Source: Acidobacteriaceae bacterium
GTDB taxonomy: Bacteria; Acidobacteriota; Terriglobia; Terriglobales; Acidobacteriaceae
Length of the DNA: 36,087 nt
Assembly: GCA_036510715.1 (NCBI GenBank)
Contig: DATCDL010000362.1
Coordinates: 1-36,087, forward strand
Reading direction: 5' to 3'
Made by a program: the position numbers and the translations under genes. This document shows positions 8,131-17,585 of the stretch, one piece after another (within the stretch, counting starts at the first letter, position 1; each line of letters begins with the position of its first letter). Under the pieces are notes generated by a model. The model worked only from the letters and a program-made list of their open reading frames with translations. It was not told the DNA's origin and did not search any database.

Positions 8131-9112
8131 CGCACTACAAAGATCGGAAACTGAAAGCTCTGGTATAGACTTGTCGGCGCTGCCGGGAGTGACTGTGCTG
8201 CTGCAGCGCGTAGAACGTCAAGCAGCTTCGAAATGGGAAGCGGCGGCTCTGTCTAAGGAGTCTGGGGCGGCGGAAACCACAGAGACCGAGAAGCCATTCA
8301 GCTCAATAGCGGTGCAGCCAGTGGCGAAGGAACCTGAACATTCAGCCAGCGAGCTTTCTCAGCCCGATGAACAGTCCGCTCCGTTCGGCCAATTCGGGTC
8401 CCTGCAAGTCTCGCTCGATTCTCAGAGCCGGCTACTCAGTCTCACGGACAGCGATAGCCCAACAGCGGAAGCCTTCCGACTTCTAGGGGTGCGATTGCGA
8501 CATCTCCGTCGGCAGCGGTTGCTTAAGACGGTGCTGATAACGAGCACAATTCCGCAAGAAGGCAAGAGTCTAGTCGCTGCGAACCTGGCCTGCACTCTTG
8601 CCCTAAGAACTCATGAAAAAATCCTGCTGCTAGAAGGAGACCTGCGACGTCCGTCTCTATCGCAGAAGTTCGGGCTCGGGAGGAATCCTGGTCTCTGTGA
8701 ATGTCTGCAGGGCGCGGCCAGTCTAAGGGCTAATATCTACCAACTCGAAGGCCTGAACCTCTGGATTCTTCCGGCGGGAAGCACTCCGAGCAATGCGCAG
8801 GAACTCCTGCAATCAGGAAGACTGTCTGCGCTGATGGATGAGTTGGCCACATGGTTTGATTGGATCGTCATCGATTCTCCTCCCGTGTTGCCGTTGGCTG
8901 ACACAAGCGTCTGGATGCGGTTGGCCGATGGAGTCCTTCTCGTTACGAGGCAGGGAACTACGGAGAAGCGGCAGTTACAGAGGGGACTCGAAGCACTCGA
9001 CCATAAGAAACTGATCGGTGCGTTAGTGAATGGCTCCACGAATGCAGCTGACAGCAGCTACTACTACAGCCAAGCGCCTGCCCCGCAATCGGATGGGGTT
9101 TTAGCGAAATGA
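8114..9112 (+). CDS. CpsD/CapB-family bacterial tyrosine kinase
   Basis: AEAFRLL, Walker A TSTIPQEGKS, A' EGDLRRP, Walker B IVIDSPP and a C-terminal Tyr cluster SSYYYS. Confidence 0.92.
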   Translation: MSHIFDALQRSETESSGIDLSALPGVTVLLQRVERQAASKWEAAALSKESGAAETTETEKPFSSIAVQPVAKEPEHSASELSQPDEQSAPFGQFGSLQVSLDSQSRLLSLTDSDSPTAEAFRLLGVRLRHLRRQRLLKTVLITSTIPQEGKSLVAANLACTLALRTHEKILLLEGDLRRPSLSQKFGLGRNPGLCECLQGAASLRANIYQLEGLNLWILPAGSTPSNAQELLQSGRLSALMDELATWFDWIVIDSPPVLPLADTSVWMRLADGVLLVTRQGTTEKRQLQRGLEALDHKKLIGALVNGSTNAADSSYYYSQAPAPQSDGVLAK

Positions 9113-9304
9113 CTGACTTTGATTGGGAGCCTGTCTCTTATCGTCTAGTCTCCGAACTTGCGATTTGTAGATCCCTACCTACGCCACCCATCGCAATCAG
9201 ATGTTTAATGTTGCCTCAGAAATGATACGGACACAAGCAGGCCAGGAGCTGTTGTCATTAGTGGCCAGCGAATAGTGAAGTGACCGTCTCGAGAGGAGTT
9301 ATTT

Positions 9305-10459
9305 GTGACTATGTTACGTATAGATAAAGCTTCAAATTCAGCTGATCCTTTACTCGCGCAGTTAGGTGCTCAAGAGCGCGACATACTGAACCAAGAAACC
9401 TTTAAGCGCATGATTGCTGTCGAGCGCAAAAGGACGGAGCGTTCAAGAGAACCCTTCTTGCTTATGCTGCTGGAGCCAGGAAATCGTCAGGTTTCGGAAA
9501 AGAACGGGAAGGCTCTCGACAAGATGCTGTCTGTGCTGCTGCTATCCATCAGGGAGACAGACGTAATCGGTTGGTACAAAGACCAGGCAGTTGTTGGTGT
9601 GATATTTACAGGACTCGCGAGTGATGACAAGAACTCGATCCTCAGCGCTATCCTCAGCAGGGTCAGCAACGCGCTAAGAGATCGGTTGACACCGGACCAA
9701 TTCAATCAAGTCAGCATCTCCTTTCACTTCTTTCCCGATGACTGGGATCAAGATACCCCCGGGCGTCCAAGCAATTTGACTCTATATCCAGATCTCGTGA
9801 GCTCCGATAGGGGCAAATATTCCCTGTTGCGAATTAAGCAAGCGATAGATATTCTTGGCAGTTCGCTCATGCTGATCCTTTGCAGCCCTCTCTTTCTCGT
9901 GGTAGCACTAGCGATCAAAGCGTCATCCAAAGGCTCAGTGCTCTTTAGACAACAGCGGGTCGGACAGTACGGTCAAAGCTTTACATTTCTCAAATTTCGT
10001 TCGATGCATGTCGACAATGATGAAACCGTTCACAAAGAGTATGCAACGAAATTGATCGCTGGTGAGGCGGACGGTAGACACTCGGATAGGAATGGTGATC
10101 GCGTATTCAAGCTCACGAATGATACGAGGGTTACCCGAGTGGGGAAGTTTTTGCGACGAACCAGTCTGGATGAACTGCCGCAGCTAGTGAATGTTCTAAA
10201 AGGAGATATGTCACTCGTTGGCCCTCGGCCGGCGCTTCCGTACGAGGTGGCCGCTTACCAAACGTGGCACCGCCGTCGGTTATTACAGGTCAAGCCAGGC
10301 ATAACTGGCTTGTGGCAAGTGACTGGCCGAAGCAGGGTAAAGTTTGACGAAATGGTTCGGCTGGATCTGCAATATGCAACGTCGTGGTCTCCATTGCTGG
10401 ATATTAAGATCCTCATGCATACTCCTCGCGCGGTGATCCTAGGCGCAGGCGCCTATTGA
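9305..10459 (+). CDS. Priming phosphoglycosyltransferase (bacterial sugar transferase) with an N-terminal degenerate GGDEF-like domain
   Basis: C-terminal motifs [35 protein letters not shown] and [10 protein letters not shown]. The N-terminus follows the GGDEF pattern. RBS GAGGAG at 9293-9298. Confidence 0.9.
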   Translation: MTMLRIDKASNSADPLLAQLGAQERDILNQETFKRMIAVERKRTERSREPFLLMLLEPGNRQVSEKNGKALDKMLSVLLLSIRETDVIGWYKDQAVVGVIFTGLASDDKNSILSAILSRVSNALRDRLTPDQFNQVSISFHFFPDDWDQDTPGRPSNLTLYPDLVSSDRGKYSLLRIKQAIDILGSSLMLILCSPLFLVVALAIKASSKGSVLFRQQRVGQYGQSFTFLKFRSMHVDNDETVHKEYATKLIAGEADGRHSDRNGDRVFKLTNDTRVTRVGKFLRRTSLDELPQLVNVLKGDMSLVGPRPALPYEVAAYQTWHRRRLLQVKPGITGLWQVTGRSRVKFDEMVRLDLQYATSWSPLLDIKILMHTPRAVILGAGAY

Positions 10460-10602
10460 ACTCACCGGGTGGACCTGCATTTTGGTCAATGCCAAATCCG
10501 TTCCCCGCTATGCTGGACGAGTCCCTCCCCTGGTAAGCGGTCATTCAAAGAGAGTTCTCAAACTGATGATGCGTGTGCGGACCGCAACATAGGCTTCAGA
10601 TG

Positions 10603-10628
10603 TGCAAGTTCTTGTTACTTGTATGCAA
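10603..10628 (+). promoter_or_regulatory. Putative upstream activator (enhancer) site, copy 2
   Basis: TGCAAGT-N7-ACTTGTA is an imperfect inverted repeat and matches 2469-2496 at offset 8134. Confidence 0.55.
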
Positions 10629-10744
10629 CACCTCCAATTCCAAAGGTGGGCTAGGGCAGGAATGTGCGGTGTCGAAAACCCGAGTTATCTGAGAGATGAG
10701 CGATAAATAGCCACTGCTGCCGGCGTTCGAAGGACCGTGCAGAA

Positions 10745-10760
10745 TGGCCATTGCCTTGCA
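10745..10760 (+). promoter_or_regulatory. Putative sigma-54 (-24/-12) promoter of operon 2
   Basis: TGGC-CATTGCC-TTGCA matches TGGC-N7-TTGCW with exact GG-N10-GC spacing, inside a 540-bp intergenic gap. Confidence 0.65.
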
Positions 10761-10796
10761 ACATCATGGTCTTTAGGTCCACGAGTTGACGCGAGT

Positions 10797-10844
10797 CTGA
10801 GCCGCAGAGTGAAAAGCGAGGGCTGTAGCCCACAGGGCGAAGCT
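10797..10844 (+). promoter_or_regulatory. Conserved leader element with ops-like hairpin, copy 2
   Basis: 44/48 identical to 2664-2711. It starts 38 nt after the -12 GC (39 nt in copy 1) and precedes a same-strand gene run of more than 25 kb. Confidence 0.75.
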
Positions 10845-10998
10845 ACGTCTTGTCGGATTATTATGGCAACGGCTGTTGAGCTAAAGAGCAAGGTGAGCAC
10901 GAAGCAGACGAAGCGGAAGTTCCTATTGCTGTATTGGACTCTTCTTTCTCCGACACGCATTCCCTTCATCCGCAATTGTGGAGATTGGTGAAAATATA

Positions 10999-11997
10999 AT
11001 GAATTTTGGTGTCATAGGCTATGGCTACTGGGGGCCAAATGTTGTGAGAAACCTCGCCAGTCTGGAGGACTCCCAGGTGCTCACAATAGCGGAGATGAGT
11101 CCCGTTGCGCGTGAGCGCGCACAGAAGGCTTATCCGGGAATCCATGTAACGCCAGATGCCTCAGACGTATTCTTGTCAACGGAAATAGACGCCGTCGCTG
11201 TCGTCACTCCGGTCTGGACGCACTATGAGCTGGCAAAAGCTGCATTGCAGAACGGCAAGCATGTGTTCGTTGAAAAGCCATTCACCAGCAATGTTGCCCA
11301 GGCTGAGGAATTGATCGACCTAGCCCAGAAGAAGAATCTCAAGATCATGGTGGATCACACGTTCTTATTTACAGGGGCCGTAAAGAAAATATGGAAATTG
11401 CTGGAGGAAGGGACTCTTGGCAAGCTCTATTACTACGATGCTACGCGCGTCAACCTAGGCCTTTTCCAGCACGACATCAATGTCCTATGGGATCTTGCAC
11501 CGCATGATCTCTCCATCATGGACTACCTCATCAAAGGAAGTCCCGAGGCGATCGTTGCGACCGGCCAAAAGCATCTGAATGGCCACGAAGATGTAGCTTA
11601 TATGACACTATATTTCCCGGAGAAGGTCATAGCTCATATCAATGTCAACTGGCTCTCTCCGGTCAAGGTCAGGACTACTCTCATCGGCGGAGAGAGACGA
11701 ATGCTGGTCTGGAATGATTTAGAAGCGGACGAAAAAGTAAAGGTGTATGACAGGGGAGTGGACATCTCCAGCCGCGAGGGCGTCTACGAGTTGTTAGTTA
11801 ACTACCGGTCTGGCGATATGTGGGCTCCACAACTGGAACAGACCGAGGCCCTGCGACAGGAACTCGCCTACTTCGTGGATTGCATCTCAAGTGGCGAGGA
11901 GCCGCTCAACAACGGATGCGCTGGCCTGAGGGTGATTAAGATGCTGGAAGCAGCCAGCGAGTCAATAAACAAGCGAGGAGCTCTGGTCTATCTATGA
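10999..11997 (+). CDS. Gfo/Idh/MocA oxidoreductase (WbpB/WlbA-like nucleotide-sugar 3-dehydrogenase)
   Basis: GVIGYGYWG, HVFVEKP and WDLAPHD motifs. ATG 10999 is preferred over GTG 10978. It is adjacent to an acetyltransferase and an aminotransferase. Confidence 0.88.
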   Translation: MNFGVIGYGYWGPNVVRNLASLEDSQVLTIAEMSPVARERAQKAYPGIHVTPDASDVFLSTEIDAVAVVTPVWTHYELAKAALQNGKHVFVEKPFTSNVAQAEELIDLAQKKNLKIMVDHTFLFTGAVKKIWKLLEEGTLGKLYYYDATRVNLGLFQHDINVLWDLAPHDLSIMDYLIKGSPEAIVATGQKHLNGHEDVAYMTLYFPEKVIAHINVNWLSPVKVRTTLIGGERRMLVWNDLEADEKVKVYDRGVDISSREGVYELLVNYRSGDMWAPQLEQTEALRQELAYFVDCISSGEEPLNNGCAGLRVIKMLEAASESINKRGALVYL

Positions 11998-12491
11998 ACC
12001 CCTACAACTGCATCTCGGACGACGTCAAGTTGGGCACAAACGTCCGATTATCAAAATTTATCAACCTGTACGGATGCGAGATTGGGGACGAGACGAGGAT
12101 TGGTGCATTCGTGGAAATTCAAAAGAATGCTATCGTCGGCAAATGTTGCAAGATCTCCAGTCACACATTTATCTGCGAGGGTGTTGTCATCGAGGATAAC
12201 GTATTTATCGGCCACGGAGTGACGTTCATTAATGATAGCTATCCGCGAGCAACGACTCTTGAAGGTAATCTACAAGCCGAGGCTGACTGGAAAGTCGAAC
12301 ATACAGTCATAAGGAAGGGTGCATCCATTGGCTCAGGTACTACGATTCTTTCCGAAACTGACATAGGCGAAAATGCCATTGTGGGTGCTGGCAGCGTTGT
12401 TACCAAAGATGTCCCACCCAATGCTATCGTGGCCGGCAATCCGGCTAGGGTCCTGCGTTACATCGAAGACGCTGCAAGAAGGTCACAATGA
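11994..12491 (+). CDS. Hexapeptide-repeat N-acetyltransferase (WbpD/WlbB-like)
   Basis: NLYGCEIG..TRIGAFVEIQK, CKISSHTFICEGV, FINDSYPRA and VGAGSVVTKDVP...VAGNPAR. Confidence 0.9.
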   Translation: MNPYNCISDDVKLGTNVRLSKFINLYGCEIGDETRIGAFVEIQKNAIVGKCCKISSHTFICEGVVIEDNVFIGHGVTFINDSYPRATTLEGNLQAEADWKVEHTVIRKGASIGSGTTILSETDIGENAIVGAGSVVTKDVPPNAIVAGNPARVLRYIEDAARRSQ

Positions 12492-13735
12492 ATATTTCCA
12501 ATAGCATTCCCTTTCTTGATCTAGTTACTCCGCATGTGGAGTTTGAACGAGAACTCACTGGAGTATTTCGTCGAGCTCTGCACACGGCCGATTTCGTCGG
12601 CGGTCGTGTGGTGGCAGAATTTGAGAAGGCATTCGCAACCTTCTGCAGTGCTAACCATGCGGTTGCAGTTAGCAGCGGCACGGATGCGCTACGCTTCGCC
12701 ATTGTGGCGTGCGGAATTCAACCGGGCGACGTAGTGGTGACTGTGCCGCACACCTTTATTGCCACCACGGAGGCTATTTCGCAAGCTAGTGCCGTCCCGG
12801 AATTCGTCGACATCGATGAGCATACCTACAACCTATCGGTCGATATGCTACAAAAGTTCCTTGAAAAACAGTGTACGCGAGATAAAGCAGGGAAGCTCAT
12901 CAGTCTTCGGAGTGGCCGGCCTGTAACCGCAGTTGTGCCAGTGCATCTCTATGGCCAAATGGCCGACATGGATTCGATCCTCAGTCTGGCTACCGAGTAT
13001 GGCCTTACCGTGATTGAGGATGCTTGTCAGGCTCACGGCGCGGAATACTTCTCGAGGAAACACGATTGTTGGATGAAGGCGGGATCGATGGGCAGGGCAG
13101 CCGCGTTCAGTTTCTACCCTGGCAAGAACCTGGGAGCATGTGGAGAGGGCGGTGCAGTAACCACTAACGATACCAATCTAGCTGAAAAAATCATGATGCT
13201 TCGTGATCATGGCCAGGTAAAAAAATACTATCACGAGGTGGAAGGCTACAACGGAAGATTAGACACGATACAAGCCGGTCTCTTGAATGTAAAGCTTCCT
13301 CATCTTAGAGATTGGAATGTGCAGCGTCGCGAACGGGCATGTGAATACAGCCGCCTTCTGTCAAGGAATGAAAGCCTCCGTCTGCCGTTTGAACCTTCCT
13401 GGTCTCGCGCTGTCTATCACCTCTATGTCATTCGAACTGAAGATCGTACGGGCTTGATGGAGCATTTGGGGAAAGCCGGCATCGGCACGGGAATACACTA
13501 TCCAGTTCCCCTGCACTTGCAGAAAGCCTATACGTCCCTGAACTACGGTCTGAGAGATTTCCCAGTTGCGGAACGTGTTGCCTCCGAAATTGTCTCTCTG
13601 CCGATGTTCCCGCATCTCACGTCAACACAGCAAGCCATTGTGGCCAACGAGATTCTCGCCTTCATTTCGAAGACTGGTCGTAAGCGGACGGAAAGGGCAG
13701 AGAACACGTTGGTCTCAGGGGAGAGAGTCGCATGA
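12488..13735 (+). CDS. DegT/DnrJ/EryC1/StrS aminotransferase (WbpE/WlbC-like)
   Basis: IPFLDL, SSGTDAL, PVHLYGQ, IEDACQAHGA and FSFYPGKNLGACGEGG (PLP lysine). Confidence 0.93.
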   Translation: MNISNSIPFLDLVTPHVEFERELTGVFRRALHTADFVGGRVVAEFEKAFATFCSANHAVAVSSGTDALRFAIVACGIQPGDVVVTVPHTFIATTEAISQASAVPEFVDIDEHTYNLSVDMLQKFLEKQCTRDKAGKLISLRSGRPVTAVVPVHLYGQMADMDSILSLATEYGLTVIEDACQAHGAEYFSRKHDCWMKAGSMGRAAAFSFYPGKNLGACGEGGAVTTNDTNLAEKIMMLRDHGQVKKYYHEVEGYNGRLDTIQAGLLNVKLPHLRDWNVQRRERACEYSRLLSRNESLRLPFEPSWSRAVYHLYVIRTEDRTGLMEHLGKAGIGTGIHYPVPLHLQKAYTSLNYGLRDFPVAERVASEIVSLPMFPHLTSTQQAIVANEILAFISKTGRKRTERAENTLVSGERVA

Positions 13736-13900
13736 GATAGTGCCCCTTTTGCGAGAGGAAGCAAGGTCTTGGCGCGCCAAAGATCGGATCGCAAGTGTCC
13801 TGGTAATGGAAAAGTGGCATCAACGCCCCGGCGCCATTTGAGGGTATTGTCCGCAAGGTTCGGTGTAGCTGATGGCCCCGGCAGAAATGGACGACAAGAC

Positions 13901-15127
13901 GTGAAGAAAAGAGTCGCCACTGGAGTCTGTATCGTTGTCGAAAACCTACCGGTACCTCTTGATAGGCGCGTATGGAAGGAGGCTTGCGCACTGCGTGATG
14001 CGGGGTATCGTGTATCTGTAATCTGTCCCAAAGGAAAGGGCTTCTCGGCAGGATACGAGGCTCTCGATGGAATCGATATCTACCGCCATCGCACATGGGA
14101 GGCTTCTAGCAAAGCCGAGTATATCTTGGAGTATGGTGTGGCTCTTGCAGCTGAGTTTTGTTTAGCATTGAAAGTCTTCGCGCGGACCAGATTCCGCATT
14201 CTGCAGGCATGCAACCCTCCAGACACAATTTTCCTGATAGGACTGCTTCTGAGGCCTCTCGGTGTCCGATTTATCTTCGACCAACACGACCTTGGTCCAG
14301 AGCTCTTCGAGGCAAAGTTCGGCAAACGCAGTGGCACGCTTCTTAGGCTAGTTCGATTGCTGGAGTTGTGCTCGTTCCGAGCGGCGAGCACCTGCATCGC
14401 GACAAATGAATCGTTCAAGGAGATTGCCATCACCCGAGGGGGCAAGCGCCCGGAAGTTGTCTTTGTTGTACGGAACTGTCCTGATCTAGCGACATTCCAG
14501 CGACCCCAGAGTCGAAACGGCAACGGATTCGGCAGATCGTACCTTGTAGTCTATGTGGGCTTCATGGGGACGCAAGATGGCCTGGATTTGTTGCTCGATG
14601 CTATCGAACACATTGTGAAACGCGAGAATCGGCAAGATACCCATTTTCTTCTCGTTGGGGGAGGAACCGTACTTCCCGAGTTGCGACAAGTGATTGCCAA
14701 GAAGGATTTGAGCCCCTTTGTTACACTCACCGGTCAGGTTTCCCATGACGAAGTTGTTGCCTTTCTCTCTGTCGCAGACGTGGGAGTGGCACCCGATCCC
14801 AAAAATGCGATGAATGATAACTCGTCGATGATCAAGATTTTTGAATACATGGCGTTCGGATTGCCGATTGTACTCTTCGACTTGAAGGAGGGACGGCGCA
14901 CCGCAGGAGCCGCAGCGCTTTACGCCGTTCCGAACGACCCCATCAATTTCGCTGACCAGATCGGTCGGTTGCTCAACTCCAGAGAACTCCGTGAAGAACT
15001 TGGTGAATGTGGCCGAAGGAGAATTGAAGAGAGCCTCAACTGGGATATAGAGAAAGCGTCACTGATTCGAGCATATGAAACAGCGCTCCAGTCTGGCCCG
15101 GTCTTGGGTGAAGCGGGGAGCCGCTAA
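13901..15127 (+). CDS. Glycosyltransferase family 4 (start probably GTG 13901; the ORF extends to 13769)
   Basis: IVVENLPVPLDRRVWKEA, ACNPPD, FDQHDL.PEL, YVGFMGTQDG and KIFEYMAFGLPIV. Confidence 0.9.
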   Translation: MKKRVATGVCIVVENLPVPLDRRVWKEACALRDAGYRVSVICPKGKGFSAGYEALDGIDIYRHRTWEASSKAEYILEYGVALAAEFCLALKVFARTRFRILQACNPPDTIFLIGLLLRPLGVRFIFDQHDLGPELFEAKFGKRSGTLLRLVRLLELCSFRAASTCIATNESFKEIAITRGGKRPEVVFVVRNCPDLATFQRPQSRNGNGFGRSYLVVYVGFMGTQDGLDLLLDAIEHIVKRENRQDTHFLLVGGGTVLPELRQVIAKKDLSPFVTLTGQVSHDEVVAFLSVADVGVAPDPKNAMNDNSSMIKIFEYMAFGLPIVLFDLKEGRRTAGAAALYAVPNDPINFADQIGRLLNSRELREELGECGRRRIEESLNWDIEKASLIRAYETALQSGPVLGEAGSR

Positions 15128-17280
15128 TGCCCACCAGCGATTTCCATATCCACCTGTTCACGGATAACTCGCGATCAGAACCATCTCGAGGATGGCGTAG
15201 TCTCAACGAACATGCGAGAGGTGCCGATGCCGCAAAATATCGCCGGATCATAAATCTGTACAGATTTTTCGTATGGGCCGTTCTCTTTTTTACCCTGACG
15301 TTTTCTGTGAGGTGCTATTCGGCGGAGATCGTCTTTATTCATTCAGGTGGTAGTCCTTCCCCTGAGGAGCACGAACTTGAACTCGCGACCCAGTTTTATG
15401 GATTGAGTCTGAAGACCGTCACAGCCAGCACCGAACAAATCGCCCTCGCGTTTGGAGCCATTCAGACGGATACAACTCTGGCGGTCGCAATTGAGGCAGA
15501 CACACTAGCCAAAGTTAATCAAAAGGCACTGCTGCGAGCCCTGCGTCGAGGGAGTGAGAGCAGTGTGCCTTTGCTGATTCTTGGAGTGACACCAGAGACG
15601 GACCAAACTCTCCTAAGCGCATGGTCAGGAAGTACTGTAATCGGGGCCGGGTCTCTACGTAGCTCATCGGGGCTGCGTTACTCAGTTGGCAACGAGTCAG
15701 CAGTGACGCGACAACTAACCGGCATCCAATTCCCCTTCCCGGGTGATAAAAGCTTCTATCTTCACATCGAGAATCAAAGCAATTCTAAAGCAATCATGGC
15801 TGTCTGGAAGGATCATCAATCCTTTCCAATCTTCATTGAGACGGATGTCCACGGACAAAAGATTTTTTTGCTTTGCAGGACGCTCTTTCCAGTAAACAAC
15901 ACAGCTAATTGGACGGCCGACAACACAGAGGACGCATTTGAGAAGATCGTCCCGGTGATGATGTTCACAAAGTATTCTGCGGGCGAACGAGGTTGGCACG
16001 CTCTCCATCATTACGCAAACCTAACCATCGACGATCCATGGCTCCGCGAGCCCTACGGAAGCCTCAGCTATCAGGGTCTCCTCAAGGAGATGGAGAAACA
16101 CAATTTCCACACGACCATCGCCTTTATACCCTGGAATTTCGATCGGAGCCAACCTGGCGTTGTTTCTCTCGTGCGCAACCATCCTGACAGATTCTCGATC
16201 TGCATTCATGGAGACACTCATGCGCACAAGGAGTTTACAGACTACGGAAGCAAGCCGTTGAATGTTCAAGTGGCAGCTCTTAAGCAATCAGTGGCCAGAA
16301 TGGAGAAATTTCAAGCGTATTCAGGAATTCCTTACGATAGGGTGATGGTCTTTCCCCACAGCATCGCACCAGAACAAACACTCGAAGCTCTGAAGGCCAA
16401 TGGTTACCTCGCTACTATCAATTCTCAGAATGTTCCTATGGACTCAGTTAAGCCCACGGACCTCCTGTTTGCCATGCGATCCACCACGCTTTTGTTTGGC
16501 AATTTTCCGAGTATTATTCGCTATCCAGCCGCACTACCGACTCACGGCTATGCTGTAGCGATTGAAGATTTTCTTGATAACCCATTGTTCTATTACGCGC
16601 ATCAGGACTTCTTCGCAAAGGGCATCGAAGCATTCGACGGATTGGCAGATGAAGTGAACAGTGTTGAGCCGGACACTAAATGGTCTAGCCTTGGCGACAT
16701 AGTGAAGCATCTGTACTTGTTGAGACTGAGAGAAGATTCAAACTATGATGTGCTTGCGTTGTCGAGCAGCCTACTTCTGGATAACACCTTCGGACGCGGT
16801 GTGGCCTTTTATATCAAGAGAGCAGAATCCAGCCCGACGGCCATCATTTCGGTGAGCGTGGACGGTCGACATATTCCCTTCCAACTACACGAGGGATATC
16901 TGAGCCTTAACGTGTTCGTCCCAGCGGGTGAGACTCGTAGCATTGTGATCCAGGATGGGAACACCACGGACTTTTCCTCAATAAGCACCTCGAAGAAATC
17001 TCTGTATGTTTATGTTCTCCGAAGGATCTCCGACTTCAGAGATATAACGTTATCAAGAGTCCAAGTCGGGCGAGCGTTTACAGCTTTGTATTACACCCAT
17101 AGAGGGTCCGCTGAGCTGCTGATTCTGGGTGGGCTCGGACTCATAGTGTTCGGTACATTTGGAGGCTGGAGGCTGTTTGTGATGGTAAGAAGAAAGAACG
17201 TCGTCCAGATAGCCCACAAACACTCTTCTGATCGACAACCTCGCGACGGAGGGGAAATGATTAGCCAGTCCCCCAAGTGA
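15127..17280 (+). CDS. Membrane-anchored periplasmic protein with a polysaccharide-deacetylase-like (NodB-type) domain
   Basis: Hydrophobic segments near both ends. The motifs LTIDDP, ICIHGDTH and VFPH parallel the CE4 motifs TFDDG, H(S/T)xxH and RxPY. Confidence 0.6.
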   Translation: MPTSDFHIHLFTDNSRSEPSRGWRSLNEHARGADAAKYRRIINLYRFFVWAVLFFTLTFSVRCYSAEIVFIHSGGSPSPEEHELELATQFYGLSLKTVTASTEQIALAFGAIQTDTTLAVAIEADTLAKVNQKALLRALRRGSESSVPLLILGVTPETDQTLLSAWSGSTVIGAGSLRSSSGLRYSVGNESAVTRQLTGIQFPFPGDKSFYLHIENQSNSKAIMAVWKDHQSFPIFIETDVHGQKIFLLCRTLFPVNNTANWTADNTEDAFEKIVPVMMFTKYSAGERGWHALHHYANLTIDDPWLREPYGSLSYQGLLKEMEKHNFHTTIAFIPWNFDRSQPGVVSLVRNHPDRFSICIHGDTHAHKEFTDYGSKPLNVQVAALKQSVARMEKFQAYSGIPYDRVMVFPHSIAPEQTLEALKANGYLATINSQNVPMDSVKPTDLLFAMRSTTLLFGNFPSIIRYPAALPTHGYAVAIEDFLDNPLFYYAHQDFFAKGIEAFDGLADEVNSVEPDTKWSSLGDIVKHLYLLRLREDSNYDVLALSSSLLLDNTFGRGVAFYIKRAESSPTAIISVSVDGRHIPFQLHEGYLSLNVFVPAGETRSIVIQDGNTTDFSSISTSKKSLYVYVLRRISDFRDITLSRVQVGRAFTALYYTHRGSAELLILGGLGLIVFGTFGGWRLFVMVRRKNVVQIAHKHSSDRQPRDGGEMISQSPK

Positions 17281-17585
17281 TGTTATTAAACTGATAATCC
17301 AATTCTAGGCCGAACTTTTCGGTTCGGAGTGACTTCGCTCAGAAGCGGGCTGCCAACGCCGTTGTGCTCTCAGGAAGCTCTTCGAAGTCACGACTTTCGC
17401 TCCGATGTTGGTCGCAGAAGTAGCCCTTCAATATGTTCTTTTCGACATCACCATGAAACCATGGCAAGCTCCTAGAGATGAGCAAGCTCCAATTGTGATC
17501 TCGATCGTTGGGTGAACATCTCATTAACTGCATGATTCTCCAATAGCCCCAAAAAGTGGCCTCACCATCCTGCCGGATTTCCATT

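Noticed and set aside
2664-10844. The 48-nt repeat pair as mobile-element ends or CRISPR repeats
   Set aside because: Only two direct copies 8 kb apart, with no transposase, integrase, cas genes or spacers. Both sit at leader positions.
10469-10991. Short ORFs 10469-10654 and 10737-10991 as leader peptides
   Set aside because: No RBS and no equivalent ORF in copy 1. The conservation fits DNA/RNA motifs better than coding sequence.
17100-17200. C-terminal TM plus RRK of the 717-aa protein as a PEP-CTERM signal
   Set aside because: There is no PEP motif, a long tail follows the basic residues, and no exosortase is in the window.
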